Positions 1 through 8,987 of a DNA stretch of 64,000 nt are shown here, in pieces. Position 1 is the stretch's first letter. Every line of letters starts with the position of its first letter. Origin of the DNA: Pirellulales bacterium (GTDB lineage Bacteria > Planctomycetota > Planctomycetia > Pirellulales > JALHPA01); contig JBGSSS010000005.1 in the NCBI GenBank assembly GCA_041736895.1, positions 621-64,620 of the forward strand, written 5' to 3'. The position numbers were made by a program, and so were the translations under genes. The notes below the pieces were generated by a model. That model saw only the letters and a program-made list of their open reading frames with translations. It did not search any database and was not told the DNA's origin.

Positions 1-159
1 GCGTTCGCTCTAAGCGGTGCCATCATTGAACCAAGCCCCAGCCCCCGCCCTCTGGATTCGCTCAAGGTACAGCTCACCGGCGAGCCGGGTAAAGAAGAAG
101 TTTGGGTCGATTACCACAACTACAAGACGGGCATCGCCGAGAAGCAGGTGCGCGGATGA
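1..159 (+). CDS. Rieske [2Fe-2S] subunit of a cytochrome bc-type complex, C-terminal end only (gene starts upstream of window)
   Basis: Frame 1 is open from base 1 and is absent from the ORF track: AFALSGAIIEPSPSPRPLDSLKVQLTGEPGKEEVWVDYHNYKTGIAEKQVRG*. The G-x-I-I-x-P-x-P-x-P-L tail resembles Rieske C-termini. Stop TGA 157-159 overlaps ATG 156 of the cytochrome b gene (ATGA). Confidence 0.55.
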   Translation, partial: AFALSGAIIEPSPSPRPLDSLKVQLTGEPGKEEVWVDYHNYKTGIAEKQVRG

Positions 160-2429
160 TCAAGTCGTTTCTCCTCTGGCTCGACAATCGAACCGGCATC
201 AAGACGCTCCTCAACGAAGCGCTCTACGAACGCATCCCCGGCGGCTCGCGCTGGCGATATGTCTGGGGCAGCACACTCGTCTTTACGTTCATGGTCCAGG
301 TCATCACCGGGATTTTCCTCTGGATGGGTTACAGCCCCAGCCGCACCACGGCGTGGGAAAGCGTTTACTACATTCAGCATGAAATGTCCGGCGGCTGGTT
401 CCTGCGCGGGCTGCATCATTACACCGCGCAGGCGATGGTCATCTTGCTCGCGCTCCACTTGATGCAGGTCGTGATCGACGGCGCGTACAAAGCGCCGCGA
501 GAGATCAACTTCTGGCTCGGCTTGATCCTGATGCTCATCGTCCTGGGTCTCGCACTCACCGGTTATCTGCTGCCGTGGGACCAGAAAGGTTACTGGGCCA
601 CGCGCGTCGCGACCAACATCTCGGGCATCGTCCCGGTCGTCGGCGATGCGACGCAGAAAATCGCCCTCGGCGGCGATGATTATGGCCAGCTCACGCTGAC
701 GCGGTTCTTTGCGCTGCATGCCGGGTTGCTGCCGGCGCTGTTGATTGGGTTTCTCGTCCTGCACGTCGCCGCGTTTCGCAAACATGGCATCCACGCGGTG
801 CAGCCACTGCGCAAACCCGACGAAATGTTCTGGCCCGATCAAGTCCTCAAAGACGCGGTCGCGTGCCTGGCGGTGTTGCTCACCGTGGTGTTCTTGATCT
901 TCTGGCCCGTGATCAGCGGCCGCGCGTCGCTGGATCACCCGGGGCATCTCGGCGCGGAACTCGGCTCGCCGGCCGATCCCTCGACAACGTATTCCGCCGC
1001 GCGGCCCGAGTGGTACTTCTTGTTCCTCTTCCAATTCCTCAAGCTGTTCGAAGGCTGGGGCGAAAAGGGCGAACTCATCGGCGCGATCATCATTCCGAGT
1101 GCCTTGCTGGGCATCCTCTTCCTGATGCCGATCGTCGGCAAATGGAAACTGGGGCATCGGTTCAATGTGGTGTACCTCTTCCTAGTCCTCGCCGGCGCAG
1201 GCTATTTGACCTGGGCCGCGATTCACGAAGACACGCTCGCGCGCGGAGTCTCGGGTGATCAATTCGCCGAGACGCGCAAGGAGCTCAAGCAGCGCACTTA
1301 CGCGCCGCATATTTCGTTAAAAACCGGCACGGATTACACGGCAATCGCATTGGCGTTCAATCAAAAGAAGAAAGACTTCGAAGCGCTTGAAAAACCAACG
1401 AGCGCCGAGACACAAGCCTTTGAAAAAGCGAAGCAAGAGTACGAAAAGGAAGTCGCGCCGTTGACGGCCGAACTCGCCGAATTCAAAAAACGCAAAACTC
1501 CGTTCGAGCAATGGCAAAAATCGACCGAATATCTTGCGGCCGTCGCATCGGCCAACGTGGAAGCCGAACGCGCGGTGCAACTCGCCGGCGGCCCCGACAA
1601 GATCCCCGTCACCGGCGCGCTCGATTTGCTCCGCAACGATCCCAAAACGATGGGCCCGCGTTTGTTTCAGCAGCATTGCCTGAGTTGCCACGACTATAAA
1701 GACCCGGACAACAAAGATCCGCTCGTCATGACAGCCGACCGGATGGTCTTGCCCAAGACCCAGCCCGACGTCGTACCGCCTCAAGTCGCCCGCGATATGG
1801 CTGGCAACGTCGAATATGAACCGAGCGGCGCGCCGAACCTCTTTGGATTTGGCTCGCGCGCGTGGCTCCGCGGGTTCTTGGACAAGACGAAGATCGCGCA
1901 CGTCAAGTACGAGGACCTGCTCCTACCAAAAGACCCAGCCAAGGAAAACAACCCGCTGCGTTACCTGCGCGAAGCGTTCGACGCGCCGTACTTCGGCAAC
2001 ACGAAGCATCGCACGGGCGATATGGTCGATTACGTCAAGAACATGGAGTTCAAGGACGCGGAACTCGACCAAATCGCCGCGGCACTTTCAGCCGAAGCGC
2101 ATCTCCCCTCTCAAAGTGACGCGGATCACAAGGACAAGGACCTGATCACCGCGGGCCAAGCTCTCATCGCGAATAGCGACAACTGCGCCCAATGCCATCG
2201 CTGGCGCGGGGACGAGAACAAGGACAGCGGAGTTCCGGACCTGCAAGGGTACGCCAACTCCGAATGGCTCCGCGAGTTCATCGCCAACCCCAGCCATGTG
2301 CGATTTTACGGCAAAGCCGGCAACGACCGCATGCCGGCCTTCGCCAAAAACGCCGACACGGACAACGGGAATACGCTGACGCGCAAGGAGATTGATTTGC
2401 TGGTGCGGTGGCTGCGCGGGGATCCTTAA
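156..2429 (+). CDS. Cytochrome b (b/b6-type N-terminal domain) fused to a C-terminal dihaem cytochrome c region
   Basis: ORF 102..2429, start moved to ATG 156 (MIKSFLLWLDNRTGIK), which overlaps the upstream stop. Cytochrome b hallmarks: WGSTLVFTFMVQVITGIFLWMGY, GLHHYTAQAMVILLALHL, LPWDQKGYWA. The C-terminal half has two CxxCH motifs (CLSCH, CAQCH) after a K/E-rich linker. Confidence 0.9.
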   Translation: MIKSFLLWLDNRTGIKTLLNEALYERIPGGSRWRYVWGSTLVFTFMVQVITGIFLWMGYSPSRTTAWESVYYIQHEMSGGWFLRGLHHYTAQAMVILLALHLMQVVIDGAYKAPREINFWLGLILMLIVLGLALTGYLLPWDQKGYWATRVATNISGIVPVVGDATQKIALGGDDYGQLTLTRFFALHAGLLPALLIGFLVLHVAAFRKHGIHAVQPLRKPDEMFWPDQVLKDAVACLAVLLTVVFLIFWPVISGRASLDHPGHLGAELGSPADPSTTYSAARPEWYFLFLFQFLKLFEGWGEKGELIGAIIIPSALLGILFLMPIVGKWKLGHRFNVVYLFLVLAGAGYLTWAAIHEDTLARGVSGDQFAETRKELKQRTYAPHISLKTGTDYTAIALAFNQKKKDFEALEKPTSAETQAFEKAKQEYEKEVAPLTAELAEFKKRKTPFEQWQKSTEYLAAVASANVEAERAVQLAGGPDKIPVTGALDLLRNDPKTMGPRLFQQHCLSCHDYKDPDNKDPLVMTADRMVLPKTQPDVVPPQVARDMAGNVEYEPSGAPNLFGFGSRAWLRGFLDKTKIAHVKYEDLLLPKDPAKENNPLRYLREAFDAPYFGNTKHRTGDMVDYVKNMEFKDAELDQIAAALSAEAHLPSQSDADHKDKDLITAGQALIANSDNCAQCHRWRGDENKDSGVPDLQGYANSEWLREFIANPSHVRFYGKAGNDRMPAFAKNADTDNGNTLTRKEIDLLVRWLRGDP

Positions 2430-2449
2430 GAAAATTGCGGATTCTTCCA

Positions 2450-2650
2450 TTACTCCGAGTCATCATCCAGCGGCTCGTACGGCCCCCAGCCAAGAAACTC
2501 GTTTTTCTTGGCGCACGCCTCGTTCCACGAAGCAGCCTCGGTGGACCAAATCATCACTGCGTCAGCGGGCAACTGCCCGCGCGCGTCGGCATTGTTCTGG
2601 GGAAAGAACGAGTAGTCCGGGCCGTGTTGCCAGAGTTCATAAGTTTGCAC
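2450..2650 (-). CDS. Hypothetical small acidic protein (66 aa)
   Basis: GTG start with AGGAG about 8 nt upstream. The sequence is non-repetitive and W-rich. It lies directly downstream of, and co-oriented with, 2696..3457. Confidence 0.45.
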   Translation of the reverse strand: MQTYELWQHGPDYSFFPQNNADARGQLPADAVMIWSTEAASWNEACAKKNEFLGWGPYEPLDDDSE

Positions 2651-2695
2651 GGGGATTGCTCCTGAGTCCGCAGATTCATCGCGGGCGTAAAATTC

Positions 2696-3457
2696 CTATT
2701 CTCGTTTCGCCGCCCAGCGGACAATCTTGCGAATCGCCTCGTCATAATTTTCACTTTTTTCCGGATGAGGACTGACGCAAAAGACGCGGCCCGCGCCAAA
2801 CGTTCCCCGCGCGAGCGCGGTGCATCCTTTCATCACGCCCTCGGGTGCGCCGTTCTTGGCAATCTCCGTGGCGAAGGTGGCGACTTCTTCGTAGTCGGGA
2901 ATGTCCTCTTTGCCCGCCGGGGCGAGGAGCGGCCCTTGATGATAATAGACGGGCAGCCTTTCTGATTTCACATCAAAGAGTTGCTGTCCCGGTTGAGCCA
3001 AACCGAGTTCGACGTCGCCGAACCCGCGAGCCCAATGCTTGCGGTCGAGGACCTTGGCATCGAGGACATGCAGCGACCAGTCGTAGTCGGCACTGGCCAA
3101 GTACGCGCCCGCGCAGATGCCGACATAGCCGCCCCCTTTGCGCAGAAATTGGCGTTCCTGCGTCAAACCCGTTTCGCCGAGCGTGCGGCCTTGCCCGCCG
3201 CCGGAACCGCCGGGATGAATGACGACGTCGAAGTTGTCGAGGATGCCGGCGCGGATGTCCGCCGCCTTGACGCGCGTCGTGGCGAAGCCGTGCTCCTTGG
3301 TCAGCGCGCGTTCGAGGTTCGCGGAGCCCTTGCCGCCGCCGCCCACGTCGTCGTAGATCGCGACGCGGAGGGGTTCAGTTGACGCACGCGGTTGTTCCTC
3401 GGCGCGGCAGTGATAAGTCGCCACACAACAAAGACAAAGTGCCAGAAATAATCTCAT
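2696..3457 (-). CDS. Secreted class-I glutamine-amidotransferase-like (BPL_N/ThuA-type fold) protein
   Basis: ORF 2696..3472 trimmed to the MRLFLALCLCC signal peptide. VAIYDDVGGGG, FDVVIHPGGSGGGQ and GGGYVGICAGAYLA resemble GATase1-like folds. The family call is from memory and was not searched. Confidence 0.6.
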   Translation of the reverse strand: MRLFLALCLCCVATYHCRAEEQPRASTEPLRVAIYDDVGGGGKGSANLERALTKEHGFATTRVKAADIRAGILDNFDVVIHPGGSGGGQGRTLGETGLTQERQFLRKGGGYVGICAGAYLASADYDWSLHVLDAKVLDRKHWARGFGDVELGLAQPGQQLFDVKSERLPVYYHQGPLLAPAGKEDIPDYEEVATFATEIAKNGAPEGVMKGCTALARGTFGAGRVFCVSPHPEKSENYDEAIRKIVRWAAKRE

Positions 3458-3711
3458 CGGCCGATCTCCCAAGGAAGCAATATCACCGGTCCTAATTTTA
3501 GCAACTTTTTGCAGCAGGTTTTATGCGAATTCGATGTGATAGGCTGTTCTTGGTGCATTGGATTTTCGAAGGCATGGCTCCGATGTCCAAAGTTCGGAAA
3601 TGTAGCGGCGACGGCGCGAAAGCATCGGATAATCCACAATTTTGTCGGGATTCGTTATAGTGCAGAGACCACGCCGGGTAGCGAACACGCGCCAAACCAG
3701 GGGCCACCGCA

Positions 3712-4218
3712 ATGCGATTTCATCTTTCAACACTCTTGCTCGCGATGGTGATCGTCGCTCTCGGACTCGGGTGGTACTTGGACCACAACGATCCGCGGCG
3801 AACGGAAATTGTGGGGACGTGGCATTTTCCATATAAGAGTCTGCCTTACGGGCAGATGGGCTACTACACCATGTTGACGATTTATGAAGACGGCACATTC
3901 ACAAAAGAAGAGATATTCCGCTCTCACAGTGACACCTATGAAGGAACCTACCATGTGGAGAAAGACGGCATCATCAACTTTCACGTTGTCAAGAAAACAA
4001 TCAAAACTGATTTGGATGAACACTTTTCAGAAATCTATAAAAAGATGAATCAGGATCCGCCGCCGAAGCGGCTGCCAATAACACTTGATGTGAATTACGA
4101 ATTACGCTGCGCCGTGGATAAAGCGGGTTTCTTACTTTTAGAAAATCTGTCCTTTCATTTCGATGAGGATAGTGAATGTAAGATCCGCTGGAATGGGTCT
4201 TTAGAAAGATCGAAATAA
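3712..4218 (+). CDS. Hypothetical membrane-anchored protein
   Basis: N-terminal anchor MRFHLSTLLLAMVIVALGLGWYL, typical of planctomycete hypotheticals. The gene is AT-richer than its flanks and is followed by a hairpin terminator. Confidence 0.65.
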   Translation: MRFHLSTLLLAMVIVALGLGWYLDHNDPRRTEIVGTWHFPYKSLPYGQMGYYTMLTIYEDGTFTKEEIFRSHSDTYEGTYHVEKDGIINFHVVKKTIKTDLDEHFSEIYKKMNQDPPPKRLPITLDVNYELRCAVDKAGFLLLENLSFHFDEDSECKIRWNGSLERSK

Positions 4219-4244
4219 GAAATAGTCACCCGCGTACAATAAAA

Positions 4245-4267
4245 AACCGCCGAGATTATCGGCGGTT
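4245..4267. terminator. Bidirectional hairpin terminator (stronger on the minus strand)
   Basis: AACCGCCG-agattat-CGGCGGTT. An A6 run precedes it on the plus strand (T6 after the hairpin on minus) and TTTGG follows it on plus. It sits between the convergent 3712..4218 (+) gene and the minus-strand operon ending with the MazF-like gene. Confidence 0.6.
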
Positions 4268-4280
4268 TGGTGGTTAGTTT

Positions 4281-4356
4281 CTTCTCGCCCTCGCTAACGC
4301 TACGCGCTACAAAAATTCGCGTTGCTTGACTCCCTTGCTTACGCTGCGGGCTGCTA
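4281..4356 (+). repeat. Two half-sites of the CT(C/T)GCTTACGC-N-GCGGGCT repeat family
   Basis: CTTCTCGCCCTCGCTAACGCTACGCGCTAC (4281-4310, compare 46080-46110) and CCCTTGCTTACGCTGCGGGCTGCTA (4332-4356, compare 51890-51914). Confidence 0.75.
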
Positions 4357-4384
4357 AATTGCGTGTGGGCTAAAGCCCACACTA

Positions 4385-4444
4385 CTAACCCGTCAACTGA
4401 TCCAACGGCCCCGCGGCACGGTGATCCGAGTTGCCGAATTTGAA
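4385..4444 (-). pseudogene. Displaced 3-prime-end remnant of a DUF1552-type gene (19 codons plus stop)
   Basis: The reverse strand reads [19 protein letters not shown], versus [19 protein letters not shown] for the intact gene end at 5001-5060. That is 15 of 19 aa; 43 of 52 hand-aligned nt are identical. Frame and stop are preserved and there is no upstream coding continuation. Confidence 0.75.
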
Positions 4445-4458
4445 TAGGTGTTATGGAC

Positions 4459-4788
4459 TTAAAATTGCGGTTTAACAAACTTCGCCCAAGTTTGCTTGAT
4501 GACTTCTCCATCGCTCGTTGATAATCGGCCAATCCTTGCCACTAACAATGATGACATCTCCAGACAATCAAGTCTCGCAAGCCGCACGGTCGACGGTTTT
4601 CGCAATCCAGCCGCTGCCCAATCGTTTAGCGGCACATCAAAATTTGTACGCGGAGTTGCTGTCGTGATCACCGCTACGATGGCATCATTTCCATCGAGCC
4701 ACAAGATAAGCACGGGACGAACTTTGGAAGCCTGCCCCGCGGTAAAGGGAACATCCGCTACCCAAATCTCACCGGGCAAGATAGTCAT
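4459..4788 (-). CDS. PemK/MazF-family toxin (type II TA endoribonuclease)
   Basis: ORF 4459..4821 trimmed to MTILPGEIWVADVPFTAGQASKVRPVLIL. It shows the G-[DE]-I-W-x-x-D...RP-x-L-[IV]-L pattern and later ITT...GL.KPS.V of MazF/PemK. It overlaps the upstream small gene by 20 nt. Confidence 0.8.
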   Translation of the reverse strand: MTILPGEIWVADVPFTAGQASKVRPVLILWLDGNDAIVAVITTATPRTNFDVPLNDWAAAGLRKPSTVRLARLDCLEMSSLLVARIGRLSTSDGEVIKQTWAKFVKPQF

Positions 4789-4996
4789 CGTATAGCCCCT
4801 CATCCTCCGGCGAATAACCATTCAAAAAAGCAGAATGGTCGCGAATCGGAATTTCTGCGGGATTGGTTTCAGCGGGCCGAATGGAAACTTGCCAATGGCC
4901 GGGTCCAAGAATTTTTCCAGCTTGCTCTGGCAAACGCAACAGCTCGCCGGGCTTCAAGAAAATATCGTAAGTCATTTCAAGTGGATTTGGTTCCAT
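4769..4996 (-). CDS. Putative cognate antitoxin (possibly AbrB/MazE-like swapped hairpin)
   Basis: 75 aa, immediately upstream of and overlapping the MazF-like gene. Acidic tail SPEDEGLYDDY. Its ATG lies only 4 nt after the DUF1552 stop. Confidence 0.55.
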   Translation of the reverse strand: MEPNPLEMTYDIFLKPGELLRLPEQAGKILGPGHWQVSIRPAETNPAEIPIRDHSAFLNGYSPEDEGLYDDYLAR

Positions 4997-5000
4997 CGTG

Positions 5001-6347
5001 TTACCCTGTCAATTGATCCAGCGGACCCGCGCTGCAGTGATCCGGGTTGCCGAATTTTTCGAGGCGGTGCCCGAAGCCGTGGGCGAGGGACATGAGTAGG
5101 CGGTTGTGCGGCGTTTTCTTGTACTTGAGCGAGCGGCCCATTTCGAGGTCGTAGCCTTGCCCGCGCATGCTGCCGACCATCACGAACGGGATGTCGTTGA
5201 GCGTGTGCGAGTTGCCTTCGCCGAGTTCGTTGGTCCAGATGATCAGCGTGTTGTCGAACAGCGACCCTTCGCCGTTTGGTTCCTTGGTTTCGGCCAGGCG
5301 CTTGCAGAGGTGGGCCAGTTCTTCGCAGTACCAGCGGTTGATCTTGGTCAGCTTGGCTTGGACTTCGTCCTTGCTGTTCGGTTCGTGCGAGAGTTCGTGG
5401 TGGCCTTCGTCGACGCCGAGCCATTTGTGCCGCGCGCCGCCGACCGAGTTCGTGTACTGCAGCGTGCCGACGCGGGCGAAATCGTTCGCGAAACTATTCA
5501 CGATCAGCTCGATATTCAGCCGGCTGATCTTGGGCATGTTGTCGTTTTCTTCTTTGATGCCTTGTTCCAGGTTCGGCATCGCGTGCGCGTTGGTCAGGTC
5601 GCCCGCCGATTGCAGTTCGACCTCGAGCTCGCGCACGAAGCTGGCATGCTCGACCAGGAGCTGCTGATCTTCTTTGCTGACTTGCTTGTGGATGGCGCGG
5701 AGATCGTCGCGGACGTCGTCGAGGATGCTCTTCAACTGCTCTTGGTCCTTTTGGCGGCCATAAAGCTTGTTGAACATCTGGTACGGGTTGTCGATCGGCG
5801 CGAGCGGCTTGTTCGCGCCGGTGTAAACCATGCGTGTCCAAGTATCGGCCCGATCCGGGACCATGACGCCGAATTCAAGCGAGCCGAAACGGGTGCGCGT
5901 CGTCGGGTCCTTTTGCAGGAAGTTCTTGATCTCTTGATCGATCGAGATGCCGCTCGCCCAGCCGGCGGGCGTGTGCGAGCCGCCTTGGATATTGCCGGGG
6001 AACAATTCGGTGCCGGTCAGCAAACAGCCGATCCCGCGCATGTGGTTGTCGCCGTCGCCTTTGATCAGATCGCCGACGCCATTGAGGATGAGCGTCTGCG
6101 CCTTGAACGGCTCCAGCGGCGTCATGATTTCTTTGAACTTGAAATCGCGGCCTTCTTCGTCGGGCCAGAAGTTTTTCTTGACGATGCCGTTGGGGCTGAA
6201 CATGACGATCAGCCGTTGCTTGCGTTTGCCGTTGGCCGTCTTGCCCGCGGCGCGCGCGAGGCTCGACAAGTTGGTCACGAACGGCAACGCCGCCGCACTG
6301 ATGCCCAGTTTGCGCAGAAACGAACGACGATCGGCAGGAAAGGACAT
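5001..6347 (-). CDS. DUF1552-type protein (Tat-signal, sulfatase-like partner of DUF1592-family proteins)
   Basis: Twin-arginine leader [23 protein letters not shown]. It sits directly downstream of a DUF1592-family gene, the usual planctomycete pairing. ELSHEPNS and [12 protein letters not shown] motifs are present. The DUF number is from memory. Confidence 0.8.
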   Translation of the reverse strand: MSFPADRRSFLRKLGISAAALPFVTNLSSLARAAGKTANGKRKQRLIVMFSPNGIVKKNFWPDEEGRDFKFKEIMTPLEPFKAQTLILNGVGDLIKGDGDNHMRGIGCLLTGTELFPGNIQGGSHTPAGWASGISIDQEIKNFLQKDPTTRTRFGSLEFGVMVPDRADTWTRMVYTGANKPLAPIDNPYQMFNKLYGRQKDQEQLKSILDDVRDDLRAIHKQVSKEDQQLLVEHASFVRELEVELQSAGDLTNAHAMPNLEQGIKEENDNMPKISRLNIELIVNSFANDFARVGTLQYTNSVGGARHKWLGVDEGHHELSHEPNSKDEVQAKLTKINRWYCEELAHLCKRLAETKEPNGEGSLFDNTLIIWTNELGEGNSHTLNDIPFVMVGSMRGQGYDLEMGRSLKYKKTPHNRLLMSLAHGFGHRLEKFGNPDHCSAGPLDQLTG

Positions 6348-6395
6348 GCGGAACCTATCGAGGCGGGAAGTCTATCGGGAAGGCAAATGCGGTTA

Positions 6396-6505
6396 GTACA
6401 CTGATTTTTATGATGTGACTGATGAACACTGATCAGCAAATGCAAGAAATTCTTGTTCTCTTTGCTGATCAGTGAAAATCATAAAAATCTTAAAAATCAG
6501 TGTAC
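6396..6505. repeat. 110-bp AT-rich nested palindrome inside the DUF1592-family/DUF1552 operon
   Basis: The outer arms GTACACTGATTTTTA (6396-6410) and TAAAAATCAGTGTAC (6491-6505) form a perfect inverted repeat. So do the inner arms CACTGATCAGCAAA (6427-6440) and TTTGCTGATCAGTG (6461-6474). Confidence 0.9.
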
Positions 6506-6523
6506 CATTCCGGAATCTACATC

Positions 6524-8845
6524 TTACTCTCCAGCTAATGACAGGGGCAACGCTGCGGTAACGACGATTTCCCGGGCCAGACGCTGAAAATTGTAGCCGT
6601 TTTTCACGTAATCTTGCTGCAGCTTCTCCAATTGATTCGACCCGTAAGCTCGAATCGGCTGCTTGATCTCGTATTGAAACAACTGCTGCGTCAGGGCGGT
6701 CGATACTTCGGGGCTTTCGGCCAGGAATTTGCCCAATTCTCGAGCGCCGCGGAATTTCACCGTCTTGTCGTCGCGGCTGACATAGCTCCCCTCGGCATCG
6801 ACGGGCCGCGCCTTTTCCTCCGCGCGATACTTGCCAATGGCGTCAAAGTTTTCCAGCGAAAAGCCCAATGGGTTGATCATGTTGTGACACAACTGGCACG
6901 CTTCGGCCTTGGTTTGCAAGGTCACGCGCTCGCGGGTATTCAGGCTCGGATGCAGGTCCGGCGCGATCGGCGTAAACGCTTCTTGCGGCGGCTTGATCAC
7001 GCGGCCGAGCATGCTTCGCGCCAAAAACACGCCGCGATGGATCGGTGAGCTCGTCCCGTTGTAGGCGAAGACGCTGAGCATGTAAGGATGCGTCAAGATG
7101 CCGGCGCGCTTGTCGGCGTCGAGCTTCACTTTTTTGAACGGCGAATCCGCCGGCAGGTCCGCGCCGTAAAGTTTCGCGAGCCGCCCGTTCAGGTACAGTT
7201 CCTCGTCCAACAGAAACTTGCGAAAGTCCGGTTCCTTGCTCGTCAGAAAATCTTGCAGCGACAATTCCAACGACGTGCGCAGGTCGTTAATAATTTCCTT
7301 GTTGAACTCGGGAAAAAGTTTCTCGTCCTTCGCCATGTCGATCGGCTGATCGATGCGCAGCCATTGCAGCATAAAGCCTCGCAGCTTGTCGCGAGCGCGC
7401 AGGTCCGTTTGCATGCGCGTCGCTTCGGCGACGAGCTGGTCGCGTGTTTCAAGTTTTTTGTCCGCGGCCGCTTTGAGCAGCTTCGCGTCCGGCATCGAAT
7501 CCCACAGCCCAAACGACAGCCGCGACGCGACGTCATATTGGTCCGGCGTTGCAGAGTTTTCCGAAGGCAAGCCGACTTCGCGATACAGGAAGCGCGGAGA
7601 CTTGAGCGCAAGGATCACGATCCGCTTCACCGCGGTCGTGCGGTCGGGCGAGTCCTTGAAATGCCTATCGACGAAATACGTCTTTTGCTCCGGCGTCAGC
7701 GGGCGGCGGAAGGCGCGTTCGACGAACTTGTAGCAGAAGTCTTTGACCCGCGATTCTTCCTTGCTGTCGATCGCCACATCGCCGCTCAGGGTTCTGAAAC
7801 GATCCACGACGTAGTTCGCGACTTCGAGCGCGCCATCGGTTGTCGCATTGTCCCACGCCTTGGAAATCGTGTTCGCCCGTTCGTAGCCGATGCTCCGATC
7901 GTCCGGCGGGAACGGCGCATTGACGACATACAACTCAGGGTTCTTCGACGTGGTCAGGTAGTACGCCGGGATGATTTCTTGCGTGCGCTTCGGCATCACC
8001 CAGAGGAGCTTGATCGACGACTTGCCGAGTTTGTTGACGTCCTTGTTCAGGTTCGGATCGCCAACGCCCCCTTTGCCCTTGATGTATTCGAGCCGGATCG
8101 GATAGACGCGGCCGCCGAGCAACGTGATCGACGCGCGGTACTCGGTGTCGTTGCCCGACTTGACGCCTTGATCAATCAGCGGCGGCGGGCCGTTGAAGAA
8201 CGATTGATTGACCCAGAGCCGGACGGAGTGTTCGGTCTGGACGACGAATTCGTACTCGCCCGTCTCGGGGGCGAAGACGGAACCTTCCCAACTGATCCCA
8301 AACTCTGGGCCTTCGATTTTTTCGTCGGGAGTCTTATTCTCAAAAGTAAAATCGACCGTCGCATCGACCCGCTCGATGACGCGATTCCGTCTGTCAATCC
8401 GGCGGCCTTTGTAGTAGTCGCCCTTGAGTCCAAGCTCCTGAAACCCGCTGCCTGGCTGGCGGAAGCTGGCGAGCAAATCCGTCACCGTGTTCTGGTACTG
8501 CTTCACCGTGAGCCGCGAGAGATCGATCCGCGCGGGCTTGTTCCGCGCTTGCGCGACGGGCGAGTAGAACGCTTCGTGAATGTACTTCGCCACGAGCGCC
8601 GAATCGGCGGCGTTGAGCTTCTCCGGCTCGCCCTCGGGCATCTGCCGGTCGATGTAGTGGCTGAGTTGCCCGAGCGAGCGATCGCCGATCAACGGTTCGG
8701 GGTAGTCTTTGCTCCCCTGCCCTTTGTCGCCATGACAGCTCGCGCACATTTCGCGATAGATGGCCGCGCCATCGCGTTCCGCGGCGCGCAGGAGCGACGG
8801 GATGAGGAGCAAGAGCGAGAGCAGCAGGCGACACAGCAATGTCAT
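6524..8845 (-). CDS. DUF1587/DUF1592/DUF1595/DUF1588/DUF1585-family protein with an N-terminal haem-c motif and a PA14-like insert
   Basis: ORF 6524..8914 trimmed to the signal peptide MTLLCRLLLSLLLLIPS. Evidence is CASCHGDKGQG, a PA14-like stretch (GISWEGSVFAPETGEYEFVVQTEHSVRLWVN), and the C-terminal LTHPYMLS...SPIHRGVF and CHNMINPLGFSLENFDAIGKYR. Confidence 0.85.
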   Translation of the reverse strand: MTLLCRLLLSLLLLIPSLLRAAERDGAAIYREMCASCHGDKGQGSKDYPEPLIGDRSLGQLSHYIDRQMPEGEPEKLNAADSALVAKYIHEAFYSPVAQARNKPARIDLSRLTVKQYQNTVTDLLASFRQPGSGFQELGLKGDYYKGRRIDRRNRVIERVDATVDFTFENKTPDEKIEGPEFGISWEGSVFAPETGEYEFVVQTEHSVRLWVNQSFFNGPPPLIDQGVKSGNDTEYRASITLLGGRVYPIRLEYIKGKGGVGDPNLNKDVNKLGKSSIKLLWVMPKRTQEIIPAYYLTTSKNPELYVVNAPFPPDDRSIGYERANTISKAWDNATTDGALEVANYVVDRFRTLSGDVAIDSKEESRVKDFCYKFVERAFRRPLTPEQKTYFVDRHFKDSPDRTTAVKRIVILALKSPRFLYREVGLPSENSATPDQYDVASRLSFGLWDSMPDAKLLKAAADKKLETRDQLVAEATRMQTDLRARDKLRGFMLQWLRIDQPIDMAKDEKLFPEFNKEIINDLRTSLELSLQDFLTSKEPDFRKFLLDEELYLNGRLAKLYGADLPADSPFKKVKLDADKRAGILTHPYMLSVFAYNGTSSPIHRGVFLARSMLGRVIKPPQEAFTPIAPDLHPSLNTRERVTLQTKAEACQLCHNMINPLGFSLENFDAIGKYRAEEKARPVDAEGSYVSRDDKTVKFRGARELGKFLAESPEVSTALTQQLFQYEIKQPIRAYGSNQLEKLQQDYVKNGYNFQRLAREIVVTAALPLSLAGE

Positions 8846-8987
8846 GCAGAAGACCTTTAGCTCCCGGTCAATGAGCGGGGGAAACGGCGGAAGGAAAGGA
8901 ATCAGGCGGGACATTTATTATAGCCGCAGTCGGCCAGTAATCACAAGATTTTTCTGTAGCCTGCTGAATGGGCGGATGAATGCATCG

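Noticed and set aside
7088-8860. 590-aa plus-strand ORF
   Set aside because: Antisense to the DUF1592-family gene. Arg-rich and low in information. The same reasoning applies to 5106..6404, 120..1157, 19205..20464, 60789..62102, 25163..26023, 17569..18387, 11493..12341 and 9650..10270.
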